A DNA stretch of 64,000 nt from the NCBI RefSeq assembly GCF_025526975.1, contig NW_026515678.1, positions 248,001 through 312,000 of the forward strand. The letters run 5' to 3'. Below the pieces are notes generated by a model. The model searched no databases. It saw nothing but the letters and a program-made list of their open reading frames with translations, and was not told the origin of the DNA. Positions 13,704 through 26,070 of the stretch are shown piece after piece. Position numbers and translations under genes: made by a program. Each line of letters starts with the position of its first letter. Position 1 is the stretch's first letter. The DNA is from Fimicolochytrium jonesii (lineage: Eukaryota).

Positions 13704-14228
13704 ATGTATGCGCAGCGGTAAGGTCTACGGCGGATTCTGAAGTTGAAGGGCGCCCGTTTTCTCTGTCCTCTCCTCTACCTCAAGGCGTTTTCTTCGTTTG
13801 TGCATGAGCTTCGAGTCCGCAACGCATCCACACCAAAAGGAAAAGGGCCTAAGAAGGAGGACTCTAGATCTAGACTCTAGAGTCTACATATACAACTCCT
13901 TAAGGTCGCAGTCCGTCCGCAGTGGTGCCATCGCGCGCGCTTGAAGCTGCGTAACCCTGGTTTCTGTTTCCTAGCGTGCGCTGGGTAGATAGATATGTGG
14001 TCTATCGGCGACGACGATATGGACGGGGCAACCAGAAAGCCCTTGGATACCCGCAATGGATGCCTGTACGCAGCCGAGCTTCCAGAAGCGAAGTTGTTAA
14101 ACCACAAAGGAAGAAGCCGGATAGCGCGAGTCCGAGTGTGAGTGCATCACATCGAGAACATCGGGAATGGCGACGCGGCCAGTTGTCCACAAGTTCCTCC
14201 AGTTCTGTCAGCACTGCGTACATCAGGC

Positions 14229-14309
14229 GTACATACATACATACATACATACATGGTGAAGCAGAGTGGTGAAGCAGAGTGGTGAAGCAGAGTGGTGAAG
14301 CAGAGTGGT
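14229..14309 (+). repeat. (TACA)n microsatellite followed by four copies of a 13-bp tandem repeat (TGGTGAAGCAGAG)
   Basis: Directly visible in the sequence. Confidence 0.9.
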
Positions 14310-14442
14310 CCTTCCCTATGACAGATGATTTGCACAGGTTTGCCTGAAGCTATCGTTCTTAGATGACAAAAGCCTCCCATATCTTTGCCGGTGCCTCTCG
14401 TGGTAAACGAATCCACCCTTGACGTGATAAGCACCAAGTCGG

Positions 14443-14494
14443 CCGGTTAGGGCTGGGTGTTAGTAACCCTAATCCTAACGCTAACCCTAACCGG
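14443..14494. repeat. Head-to-head degenerate telomere-like repeats (TTAGGG / CCCTAA) with 10-bp inverted arms
   Basis: CCGGTTAGGG ... TAACCCTAATCCTAACGCTAACCCTAACCGG. Confidence 0.6.
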
Positions 14495-14592
14495 GGTACT
14501 TAACATTGTCGTCGAGCAACTTCCCAAGCGCCTGAGTGGTGAGTGGGTTGCTAGGCCGTCCCGCATTATACACCTCCGCCAGCTTGTGGACA

Positions 14593-14668
14593 TACAAGTA
14601 TAAGTTGGAGTAATAAGATGGTGCGCACCATAATGAGCACCATCTTATTACTCCAACTTATACTTGTA
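14593..14668. mobile_element. Minimal MITE (Tc1/mariner type, TA target duplication)
   Basis: Perfect 32-bp inverted repeat TACAAGTATAAGTTGGAGTAATAAGATGGTGC / GCACCATCTTATTACTCCAACTTATACTTGTA with a 12-nt spacer. It begins and ends with TA and is AT-rich relative to its flanks. Confidence 0.8.
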
Positions 14669-14669
14669 A

Positions 14670-15532
14670 AAGAGATCTGTGTCCCACTCAAACGCATCGG
14701 CGATTTTTTCTCGTATAGCCTCCATCCGGATTGCTGCCGAGTGCGAGTCCTCAATTTCCACACCGAACCCCAGCAAGTGGAACGAAACTCGGGCGAAAAA
14801 GGGTTGCGACAACAGCTCCGAGAACGTGGGCTCTTACTGGACAGATACGCATGCAAGCCGGCAACGTCAATGCGATCCATTCCCTCCATCTGCGGTGACA
14901 ATTGAACAGCCGCTTCGTGGATTATACGGACTGGTCCTTCCAAATCCGACGCCCCGTCCCAATCCCCCGTCAGTTCGACGAGCTCACCCGCTGCGTGGAT
15001 GCGGCATGCGGTCTTGACGACATCCGAGAACTCTCGAAGTGCGAACTGCGCGGGATTGGCGTCCAAGGCGAACTTCAACGACTGGACATAGATGCGATCG
15101 AGAGAGCTGTCGGCCAATCCTTCGCATACGGAATCAAAGCTGATGCCCATATCTGCGCAGAACTTGAGCAGCCCGTACAGGATCTCGGTTTCGAGGTGAG
15201 AGATAGGGTAAACATGGGGCATGGTGAAAACCTGCCGAAGCTTGTCGAGAAACTCGGCCTCGCTCATTCGCACCGTGCAAATCAATGAGTAGTGAGCGGT
15301 TTGTCGTCTGCCGAACTCCCCGTTTCTTGCGAGCCTTGTCCTTGGCGTTATCCCAGAACTTCAAAGGTATGTCGCCGTCTAAAACTACCGCCAATCCCAG
15401 TGGGAGTTCGAAAGGAAGATCCACGAACTGCCAGCATTTCCCCTCCCGCAAGTCGCTAGTCAAATATAGGTGATTTTCGAATTGTGGGAGCAACAAGGAG
15501 AGTCCGTAAGGCGTAAATTGCCAGGCTTCCAC
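14670..15532 (-). pseudogene. Disrupted unknown coding sequence between the MITE and the Tc1 relic
   Basis: Protein-like ORF pieces (15134-15532 and 14566-15285) cut by the MITE at one end and abutting a truncated transposase at the other. Confidence 0.35.
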
Positions 15533-16675
15533 CGTTCTTCTGCACCTTTGGAACTAGGTTCTCCGCCCGGTACTTTGCATCATCGCCACGTTCACGCCAA
15601 ATCACGACGCGGGTTGAAGAGTACAGGGAGAATGAAGATTCATCCGAGAAAATGACGTTCTTCCACATGTCGTCATCCCAGTGCAACCTTTCCTGCGTCC
15701 AGGCCAAGCGAAGGCCTGTCTTCCGAGCGTCGAGGAGTGGTTTCCGAGCTGCTTTGAACTTGAAGAGCTCAGCCCGCTGGATCAGGCGTTGCAATGATCG
15801 GACTGGGTAGCGGATACCGTCATCATCTTCAATGATGCGTTGGATAGTGTCGAGGTTTTCACGGTTGTTCTTTCTGACGGCCTGGTGGACCCGTCGTACA
15901 TGGTCTTCATTGTATTTACGAGGGCGGCCAGTGGGTGCATTCGGTTGCGCAGAGCCAGTGTCTTTGAAACGCTGGATAGTAAGTGTACCTTACGTTTTGT
16001 GGTGTTCAGAGCTGTTGCAATGGAGGCATAGCTGCGTTTTCCGTCACCAAGATGCATGCCGATAATGCGCTCGCGGACCGCTGGGGAAAGGTTGGAACGG
16101 CGGGGTTTTGTAGGGGTGGTGTTCCTCTCCTCATCGTCAGAGGTGGGAGGTTCAACGGGGTCAAGTCGATAATCCTCCAATCGCTTGGAATGGGGGCGTC
16201 GGGAACTCGGGGAGGGTGGTTTGCGTTGGGGTCGTATTGATACTCCACAACTTTTTGGAGGGGCTCGGGAAGCGGAAGCTGGTCATCTTCGCCAAACAGT
16301 AGTTCAAATATGTGGTCTGCGATGTCCATATCGTCGTAGTCCTCCGGGACAAGGTCAGGCAATGGGGTGGCCATTGCGTTGGCCATTGCGCAAAGAAGAT
16401 GGGTACACTACTCTACAGGCCTCAGTAAGCTGTGAGCGCGATCTCTGGACTATCTGGAAGGTGTCCCGAGTGTTGTGAGGTATGTCAGAAGTTTTGGGGT
16501 TGCAGTGGATGTGCTCGCAATGTCAAGGATGTTGGTCAAGATGTCGCCGACAACGTTGTGGCAGCCGGCCGGTGACTTCTGCTGGCCACAACGATTTATT
16601 GACCGCGTCCATGCCGTCGTAACGTCCGTTTCGGCATCTACTTTGGCATCTGACGTCTACTTTGGCATCCTACTG
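15530..16675 (-). mobile_element. Truncated, frameshifted IS630/Tc1/mariner transposon
   Basis: HTH-like NLSPAVRERIIGMHLG, then TG...PTGRPRK and AARKPLL..RLAW..HWDDDMWKNVIFSDESSF (first catalytic D), ending at PKVQKNGG. The terminus reads TA|CAGTAGGATGCCAAAG on the minus strand at 16675, with subterminal TCTACTTTGGCATC direct repeats. Confidence 0.85.
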
Positions 16676-17028
16676 TACGTAGCATTTCCCCAGAATTATT
16701 GCATCAGCTCTATTTTCCTATGCTACAAGGTCTTCTTGCTTGATGGCTATATTTCCCTTCACAACTCTAACCTGCTATCATTGATCCTAACATTACTTGA
16801 TCTCATCTCTATGCTACCATGTTTCTATTCCTCGAAGGCTACAGACGATACTTTTATTGCTGGCTCAGATTGTATTTCGTCCGCTTTGCGGGCACTACCG
16901 CTGCCGCCATTGACCCCCGCCCCACTGCCAAACTCCGGATGATGAACCAGAAAATGTCTACGAAGACCTAGATGCGCCAAAAATCGAAAACGAGGGGAAA
17001 ATGTTAAAGAATAACGACCATTCAAAAA

Positions 17029-18585
17029 TTAGAGCATAACAACGGGCAAAACGGAAGTAAAAGCCAGATCACGGCCCCCCGGCTCACCTGCTTCGGCATG
17101 AACGATCTGAAATAAGCTAGGAATACTGGCAGCGAAGTAGTGCGGCCCCACGTACCCCTGCCACCAGGCCCCCAAGCACAATCCTATCACCTCCATAACG
17201 AGGACAAACACGGCAAACGGACCTCTGAAGGCTTCGAAGTCGAATCTCGCAAGGATAAACGTGAGGTGAATCAACAGGATGCTCGTGAAAGCGCTGGTCT
17301 TGGGGTTCAACCCCGCCTCAAGCCTCGAGATGGCATTCTCGCCAGACAGTTGGCGATATCGGGTAGACACGTCCCAGATCATGAAGAAATCGACGAGGAG
17401 GTAGCAGCACATGGAAGACATTTGCTCACGAAAGGGGTGCAGCTGCGCCCCTTGACATCCGCCACCGAAAACCCCCAGCGATTTGATAATGATCGCGAAG
17501 ATGGATAGGAGAGGGATGGTCACGAAGAGCGAGACTGCCTCCGACGGGAAACCTTGCAAAAGATAACACAATATTGCCCCAGATGTCCAGCACGAAAGAA
17601 TGTTGCTTCCGTGACATAGTATCTGTTCCTTCACGGAGAACACAGAACAGAATCGGTGAAATGTTTCCTCGGCGTTCTTGTCGGTGAAAGGCGGGTTGAG
17701 GAGGAGGTTTCGGAAACAATTGCAACGCCGGTGGTTTGTTCGGATTGTGCGCCGAGGAGGCGCTCCCGGGTTGGACACAGGAGCGCTCCCATTCTCCTTT
17801 CCTTTGTTGTCGAGTGACGACTTTTCATCGCCTTTTTGCGATGGTGGACCGTTTCCAGTCTCGTTTGCTTCCTTGTCCATATATTGTTGCAGTAAAACCC
17901 AGTCCCTCATCGAACGGATCTGTCGCCTAGAGAGAAGCAAGGAAACCGGAGAAAGGTATGAAAAGATTAACAAAGTGACCGAAAACAGAATTGTGCACAC
18001 AAACGGCATACTGCGAGACACCTTTCGCTTACCTCCATTGCACAAACGTCGACAACCCTACAGTCCACATCATCCTCAGAACGACTTTGTAGCCCCCTTG
18101 GCTCAATGCTCCAGGTTGGTGAAATATGTTTCCGAAGATGCGCATCCCAATGATATACAAGGCGGCTATCCCCGCCCTTTGTTGTACCCCCCCAAGGGAG
18201 AGTGCGGTAATGACTGTGACAGTGTTCGGCATCTCCGAAGCCAGTGTGACTGCCATGTCCCGTTCTGTGGCCCACGATACATTTTGGTTGTTCATTGAAT
18301 AAATTGGCACGAGGAGAAATGCCAAAGTGAGGATGGCCGTGAGTCTGAACATCCATGGAGGTTTCAGCAGCAGGTTGACGAACATTCCTACAAAGAGGAT
18401 TATGAAGCCTTCCTGTTTTCCGTTGAATGGAATTCGGTTTGGGGTTAGCATGTGATTTTGTGCCAGTTTTCATTTCCATTTCACATTGAGGGAAGCAAAA
18501 AGGATGTGCAAGTACATCCTCGATGAAAGTGGGTGCCGCCGGCGGCTGTTGCCTCACCGGCGATAAATTGGAGATGCCGCCCATG
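17029..18585 (-). CDS. Uncharacterised multi-pass membrane protein (boundaries uncertain)
   Basis: Two blocks of hydrophobic helices (ORFs 18029-18451 and 17029-18045) separated by a charged loop. Confidence 0.45.
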
Positions 18586-19446
18586 CAACTAGGGTCACTC
18601 GGGTGTGGTCTCCGGCGAGAAAATCCGCGCTGCGCCTCGTACACAAGCAATCGATCCACCCCCGGGCATTCGCGCCTTTAGCGCTCACGAACTCGCTCCG
18701 CTTGCACCCTTCCACCGCTCCGTCGGAACATCTTACCGAAAAAGGAAATCTGAATAGCGTTACTGCATCAAACTTTCGTGATTGTTGAAAGAAGATGAAT
18801 CCCAGGCAAAGGAGTCCAAAGGCTGCGGTAGTGGCGTTCCGACGTCCTGTGGAGGAAGCCTTGCGTGCTTCAGCTTGCACATATCTGTTATTCCGACAGT
18901 TTGAAGGTATTGAAGCGGCATCGGGTGTTAGAGGTTTTCCATCGAACACGGGGAAACGCCAGTGGTTTTTTGCGAAGAAGAGCGTTTTACGTACTCGGAT
19001 TGAGTTGTCGGGTTGATGAAAGATGCTCTCCAGACTGATATCTGATATTCGGGGTTTGCATGTGGGGGCATCCCCAAGAGGTAAGTGGCGGGAAAAGGGG
19101 TGTGAGAGCCGGTCTGAGGATGGGGCGATATGATTATGCTGGAGAAGGGTCTCCCGCAATAGCGTTTTCAGGGCTAATGCGGGACCTTGACCTATATACG
19201 GACAAAGGGTTTGCAGGATACTCGTTGCAGGCTTCCCAACATGCTGAGGGTGGCTCTCCCAGTCTAAACTTAGTGTGTACCCGAAATAAGCGCCCGTTGT
19301 GTCTCTCTTCGCCCTCTTGTGGGGCAATGATGGGGTGCACAGATGATCAACATGGAATTGCATGGATATTATTCTGGATGCACGACCTGATAATTTCTCT
19401 ATGAAAGCGTACACATCCCCGATACCACGAAAAACCGGGTGGCTAC

Positions 19447-21073
19447 TTAAAACCCATCCGCCTCTCTCTCATCCCCATTCTCCCCCCCAACCGTCTTCTC
19501 CACCATACTCATCCTCGGCGCCTCACTCCTCATCTGGCTCGCCAAACTCTTCCCACTCGCCCCACTCCTCGCGCCCGCCTCCCCCTTCACCAGCGACGGC
19601 ACGGGCGCATTCCCGCCCTCTAAATCACTCTCGTCGCTCGACTCCCTCTCCTCCTCCGCGTCATCATACTCGATGGTCGTCTGCAAATCCTGTACCTCGA
19701 GCAGTAATCGTGACGGGTCGAGACGGGATTCAGCCGGGTCGGATTCGGTCCTTGATGGCGCGAAGGAGTCGGCGGCGCCGCGGATGGGGCTGTCGGCGGG
19801 CGCGGTGCCGGTTACGGTGGCGGTTAGCATCACGGAGGCACTTTTGGGCTTTGTAAGTTTTTCGGAGGATGCGGCGTTTGCGCGGAGCTCCTGTTGGGAT
19901 TTTTTGATGGCGCGGAGGTCTTGTTGGCTGTAGCGCGTTTGGGGCTGGAAGAGTTGGCGGACGGTGTAGAGGTAGACCTGGGAGGCAATGAACAACATGA
20001 GTCCAAAGTCTTTACTGAGAGTCAAAACATAAAAGTCCTGCGTACCAAAGCGCCCGAATAAGCCAATGGCGAAAACAGAAGCGAGATCCTGAAAAACAGT
20101 GTCCGCATAACCCCATTATTCGAATACAGCGTGAAGCTAATCACGCTGAAACTGATCCCCATCCAGGTCATAAAGCACAGGAAGAATAGTCCCGTGCGCA
20201 CGCGGCGGAACAGCACCTCGATGTTCTTGTTCAGCTTGCGGCGGATGTTGTAGATGCTGAAGATGAACGTCATCGAGAATACATTGTCGCAGAGCAGGCC
20301 GTACACAGTCCAAATCGTTGTTGTGTAGCCTGCGATCTTTTTCGAGGGGGGGTAGATCACGCCGCAGATGGCGAGGGCGCTGAGCCAGATGAGGGTTGTG
20401 AAGATCACGAAGAATGTATCCTGTGGAATGAAAGGTTTGGATTTTGGATTTTGGGGACCACGAATGATCGCATGCTACCTACCCAATGCTTGCTATACTT
20501 GATAACCGAGCGAACGACCCGAAACCTGATCTGCACCAGTATCACGTACGGAAAGGTGGCGAGGCCATACAGCGCTGTCCACACCCGCACGATGTTCTGT
20601 AAGTCGGTCAGGAAGGGCGTGTATGGGCTTCCGGGCCCGTCGGGTTTATCGGCGAGCAAGACAGCGGGTCTGGCGGTGACTTCAAGAAAGAAGTCACAAT
20701 ATATCAGCATAAACGTTTTCCGAAAATCAATCTGGGCGAACGGAAAGACATCTCTCGTTTTCCGAACGCACTTACAAAGCAGTGGAATAAAAGATGCAGC
20801 GTACATGACCATACACCCGGCGAGAACGCCGTTGAAGAGTGTCTTTCGCTGCCAGGCGTGCTTGATGCCGTATATCGCATTGCCCGTTTGGATCGCCAGT
20901 GCGAGCGCTTTTATTTCATAGGGGAAGAGATCATCAAATTAGGACAGGCATCCCCAACCGATGTGATCGCAAACCCTCCCCCTTCCAGCGATGGCATGAA
21001 ATTGGGCGTGATATGGATCGGGAGGCTTACATGTCAGCGCATAATTCGCAGCGATGGCGGTCTCTTGCTTCAT
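19447..21073 (-). CDS. Orphan GPCR-like 7TM protein with long cytosolic tail (multi-exon)
   Basis: Spliced reading MKQETAIAANYALT|SLALAIQTGNAIYGIKHAWQRKTLFNGVLAGCMVMYAASFIPLL..., YVILVQIRFRVV, YGLLCDNVFSMTF, then an S/E-rich tail. GT-AG introns are visible. Confidence 0.6.
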
Positions 21074-22952
21074 TCTGAACGGATATGAGCTGTTTCTCAA
21101 GGAAAAAGAAAGACCGAGCCTCGGCGACAGAAAATACAGATGTTGGAGGATGTCCCCGATGTAGAGAAACAAATTCTGGATCGGCAAGGACGAGAAAAAA
21201 AGGAGGACGGCTTCCCCATGTCAGGATAGGATGGGGGGACTAATAGGTATCCTCGGCGGGCATTTAACCAACGCCATCAGTCAGCCAAAGTCGATGTCTA
21301 TGTCCTGAACCAGACTTTCACGTCATCCACACCACAAACACTTCACTTCTGAAAAGGGGCAGGGCTTCCTCATCGGCACCTTGCTGTGGTAATGCGATAT
21401 AGCCGAAAGTGGGGGCTCGGAAACTAGCTGGAAAGAGATTTGGGTGACAAGGCATTGAGATGGAAGATGATATTGGCTTTGAAATGGTGGTGAAGGGCCT
21501 CCGATTGAGACTGGCGACTTTGTCATGTGGCCGAGATTGAGGGTCCAGGAATAGGGAAGTGTACATGTAGTCCTCGTGAACGGCCTTGGTTTTGCTCAAC
21601 CTCCATGAAATGTCCAAGCTGTGAGACCGAATGTCTTGCTTTCAAAACCGGGTCCCTTCCCTTTGGCCACTGCAGTCCAGGCAGGGTCTCGACATGTGGC
21701 TTACAGTCTACGCTCGAATCTCCCGGGAGTTTGTCGATCCGTTCTCGAATGTGAAAGTGGACCGTCCTTCACGGCGGTCTGTCGGACCAATGGAGCCCTC
21801 TTTCGGAGTCTTCATGTTTGGGATCGGAAAGATCCTCAAGGTGGAGTGTCAAATCGCACACTTATCCGCCCTGTTGTGCGCCGTCTCGGTTCGTCGGAAA
21901 GGCCCCTATTCTCAGTATCCAAATTCCGAATCTGCACAGCAAGGCTCGTCGACGATGTTGCTGCAAGTCCGCTTTCGCCTCCCTCTTCCAAGTCCCTCCA
22001 GATCCCTGTGTTCGTCCTGCTATCCCACCCTACACACTACACCGCCAAAAAGAAAACTGAACCAGACATCAAGGCGAGCGCGCTGCTTTTACGTGCCCAG
22101 CGGCAAGCCTCAGTGGAGAGAGTCCACATAGTCGTTTGCCGACCTGGTTGTGAAGCAAGGCCAAAGGATGGTTCATGTTCTTTGACGATGTTCTTTCACG
22201 GGAGACGCGTCGTAAAGGACGCGTCAAATGGCCTTTTAGTCCAACGCGTCTTTGCTGTGTTCTTTGTTTGTGGTGAGGAGATGTGAGGCTTGCGGGGTTT
22301 AGGGTCTGGCTTCACCTCCGAAGCTCGTGGTGCGGGTGTCGGAACTGGGATTGTGAGGTGTCAGAGGTGCTTCTCGTCTGGTTCTCGTGAAATGGAGGTC
22401 TTGCACAGTACTACAGTACGTAGTAGAGAGATATGGAGTCGATTGATGAACGTTGATGAGGGAAGCGTGGCGCCCGCCGCGTCGATTGGGAGGCATGGAA
22501 CATGTCGGCGGTCCTTGAAGATCGGATACGTCCACAGCGACCATCAGTACTTGCCAAGACTGGCACATGTTGGTCGCATCCAACTCAGGCCTGTATTAGT
22601 GAAATGTCCTTTGACCCCCCTCTCCGCTCCCTGACCTGAGGGACAATGAATGCCAGATGCATGTGTGATATCCATCAGGCTCACTCTGCTATTTGAGTTC
22701 CCGACGTCTACTGTGTCTAACTGGCGGTACCGGGCGACTTCATTCCGGTTCGGATTGTGTTGCTACTCGTACCCCGGCGGGGTTGTCTGTTCGTCGAAAG
22801 TAACGCGCGACCAACTTTGAATTTCGACACAGAAATGAGTTCGACATGTCGCAGTTGGCCTGTCCTCAGACTGGGAACAACGGGTGAACATCCCAGGCCG
22901 CTCAACCAAACCCCCGTATTCGATAGAAGTTGCTTAGTCCTCTCACGCAGCC

Positions 22953-24682
22953 ATGGCCCCACCAACCGCTCAGCAGCAACAACGACAATCCGCTCTCGCC
23001 CCAAGGGTCAAAGCTGCAACACTCATGGACGACGACGACTCCCACGGGCTCATGGGAACCTCCGGGCAGGGCTACTCGTGGGAAGAGGAGTACAAGCGGA
23101 GTTGGGATATCCTGCAGGAGGACGAGCAGGGCTCTTTAGTGGGAGCTGTTAATTCTATACAGCAGCAGTTGAAGCGACGGAGGTGGGGGAGGGACGATGA
23201 TCTTTGAGAATTCCCACTCGGTTGGCTCACGGTTTCTATTCACCCAGATTGCAAAGAGACACGGCAACAGTACAACGTGGGATCATCCGGCATGTCTACC
23301 TCGTGATCGACCTCTCGCGGGCTATGACCGAGCTGGATCTCAAACCCTCGCGATTGGAATGTACCATGAACCTGGCCACCCAGTTTGTGGGCGAATACTT
23401 TGATCAGAACCCGTTGAGTCAGCTGGGGGTTATTTTGACGCGGGATGCGTTGGCGGAGAAGGTTACGGAGTTGTCAGGTGAGATTGGGGATGGGTGTGGG
23501 GAGAGAGGCCGAAGCGGAGTTGGAGGATGGATCAAAACGGTTTATGTATCGGTGTCGCTGCTGACACTGCTGGACATCTCCGCAATATAGGCAACCCAAC
23601 GGACCACATAGAGGCTATCAAGGTCCCAGCAAACAGGGTCCCAAAAGGCGAACCATCCCTGCAAAACGCGTTAGAGCTTGCCCGGACTTCCCTCGCGTAA
23701 GACAGATGGCAGGGATCCCTCGTTGCACTCTCACTGACCTGTTGTTCTTTCCTTTCTTGTGATCCCCAGTCACGTCCCTTCCCACGCATCTCGCGAAATT
23801 ATCATTCTATACGCCTCGCTCACGTCCTGCGACCCGGACAACATTCAGGAGACCATCGCTTCCTTGAAGCGGGACGAGATCAGAGTTTCCATCGTTGGAC
23901 TGTCAGCCGAGCTGCAAGTGTGCAAGATTATTTGCAAGGAGACGAAAGGTAAGAAATAGTCTTGCTCCAAAGTAGCTGTTGATGCAAAATCCGCCTTGCT
24001 CAGCATCTGCTCTCTTAGGAACGTACAATGTCATTTTAAACGAAGCGCATTACAAAGACGTCTTGTTCGAGCATATACCCCCGCCGCCCATTGCCGTAGA
24101 GCAAAACACGTCGAGTCTGATCCAGATGGGGTTCCCGGTCACCAAATCATACGAAACACTGACGCTCTGCGCTTGGTAAGTACATGTACATCGTTCCAAT
24201 AAGCACGGTTCGCTATATCCCCTAAACAACACCCTTGCCCGGTGCACAGCCATCACCGCCCCGTCCGAAAAGGCTACGAATGCCCGCGCTGCGCCTCTCT
24301 AATCTGCGACATTCCCACCGATTGTCCCATCTGCGACCTCACCCTCGTCTCCAGCCCTCTACTCGCACGGTCCTACCACCACCTCTTCCCCGTCGAAAAC
24401 TACAAGGAGCTACCGTGGTCGGCAAAACTCGGCCCTGACACGGCGACGGCGAGGAACGATCATTGTGCGGCGTGTTTGCTGCCGTTTCCTGCGCCGCCGC
24501 AGTTTTCGGGGCCGGAGAGGCGGAGTTCGGAGATACCAACGCGACAGGGTGATGGGGCGGCGAGCGGGGAGGCTAATAGTGGAAGGTTCGAGTGCGGCAA
24601 GTGTAAGGGGGTGTTTTGTTGGGATTGCGATGTCTATGTGCATGATGTGCTGCATAACTGTCCTGGGTGTGTCAATCGATGA
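22953..24682 (+). CDS. SSL1: TFIIH subunit Ssl1/p44 (GTF2H2)
   Basis: YSWEEEYKRSWDILQEDE, RGIIRHVYLVIDLSRAM..DLKPSR, EYFDQNPLSQLG, GEPSLQNALE, CPICDLTLVSSPLLARSYHHLFP, C-terminal FCWDCDVYVHDVLHNCPGC. Confidence 0.97.
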
Positions 24683-24733
24683 TAGAGTGGAAAGTGAGTC
24701 GCATCCGTTTGAAGTCGGGCTAGGAACAAGGCC

Positions 24734-25691
24734 TCAAATGTGGTGAATATGCGAGACGGCCAGTCTCGTTCGGAGGAGGCTTCGGATAACCAAGACCGTC
24801 CAGTAGCTGTTCAAGCCCGTGAACGTGAACACGTTGACAAGGGTCAGCACCCACACGACAGCCGGTAACGTTCGCAACTGCCGGTACAAAGACGCCGCTG
24901 CACTGGCCCGCGATGCCGATCCCAGCTCCTTTCCCTCCTTCGCCTCAAGCTCAGCCTTCTGCTTCCCCGCCACCCTCAACGCATACCACAACCCCACCAA
25001 CCCCGCCGGTCCCCTCACCGCACAAAACAAGCCCGCCCTAATCCACGTCCACAGCACCACACCCCTCTCCCCCTCACCCACCCCGCACCTCCCCAAAATC
25101 CACAACACATTCGTCGCCACAACCGTAACCTCCGGTGCCAAAAATACGGTCGGAAAATAACTCGCCCGTCGATACCACCGCATCAATCCTGCGCCAACGA
25201 TCCCGAGCACATGATGCACCCACGAACTGGCGTGTTGCCCGCCCACATACCCCATCACTACGCAATCGTACAGGGTAAACCCGACGTGACTGGCAAGTAA
25301 TCTGTCGAGGGTGGGTGGGTACGGGTTGATTATGTCATGTCGCCATGGCCGGGTGAGGAGCAGGAGGTGTAAGGCCCCGAGGGATTGGTGGAGCGCGTTG
25401 AGGGTTGACGGAAGCTTTTCGGCGAGGAGGTGCAGGGACAATCGGGGGTGGGTGGTAAAGCGGGGGTGCCGGGTGAGGGCGTGGTGGGTTAGGATGTGGA
25501 GGGTGGAATGGAAAGCGAGGGAGGTGAGCACGGAGGTGTCGAGGAGGGCGTTGAGGAGGGTTGGTGGAGGGGTTGGTGTGCCGTGGGCTGATGGTGACTG
25601 TGACACTTCTGGTGGGATGGCTGCTACTATTGGTGGAGATGGAAGAGCATCGCCGTCCGACGCTGGATCGCTTACTTCCTCTTGCACCATA
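24734..25691 (-). CDS. TLC (TRAM/LAG1/CLN8) domain membrane protein
   Basis: STLNALHQ, GFTLYD, WVHHVLG, APEVTVVATNVLW, LNSYW motifs in an intronless ORF; start codon uncertain. Confidence 0.8.
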
Positions 25692-26070
25692 TTGCCGTAT
25701 CTGCAATATATCGCCTGCACCTGTTACTCGTGACCTTTCGCTTTTGACTTGTAACTACTTCATCTTTCGTTGTTGATCGATCTGTGATGTCGAATATGGA
25801 CGCGTCCTGTTTGGTGATGGTGTTTCATACACTCAACGGCCGGCGTGGGAATGCAACCAGTCCTTGCTCCTTTGGGCTATGCTGAATCGACGTACGTTTG
25901 CTACGGGGATATGGTGTGTGTCTCTGTGTCCTTGCGGTGCCTGGTGTGAGGTTTGGTGTGCTGTAAAAAGAACGAAATTGCGTGGGAGAATGCTAAAAGG
26001 TCTTTAGCAGTTTTTTGGAACTCCCACGAAGAACGCACATCCTTTCCTGGTCCGACCTCTTTCAACCTCA

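Noticed and set aside
14254..14309. CRISPR-like or iteron-like repeat
   Set aside because: Contiguous 13-bp units with no spacers, in a eukaryotic context: a simple minisatellite.
15287..15300. AGTAGTGAGCGG resembling the putative viral terminus
   Set aside because: Similarity stops after about 9 nt, so it is probably chance.
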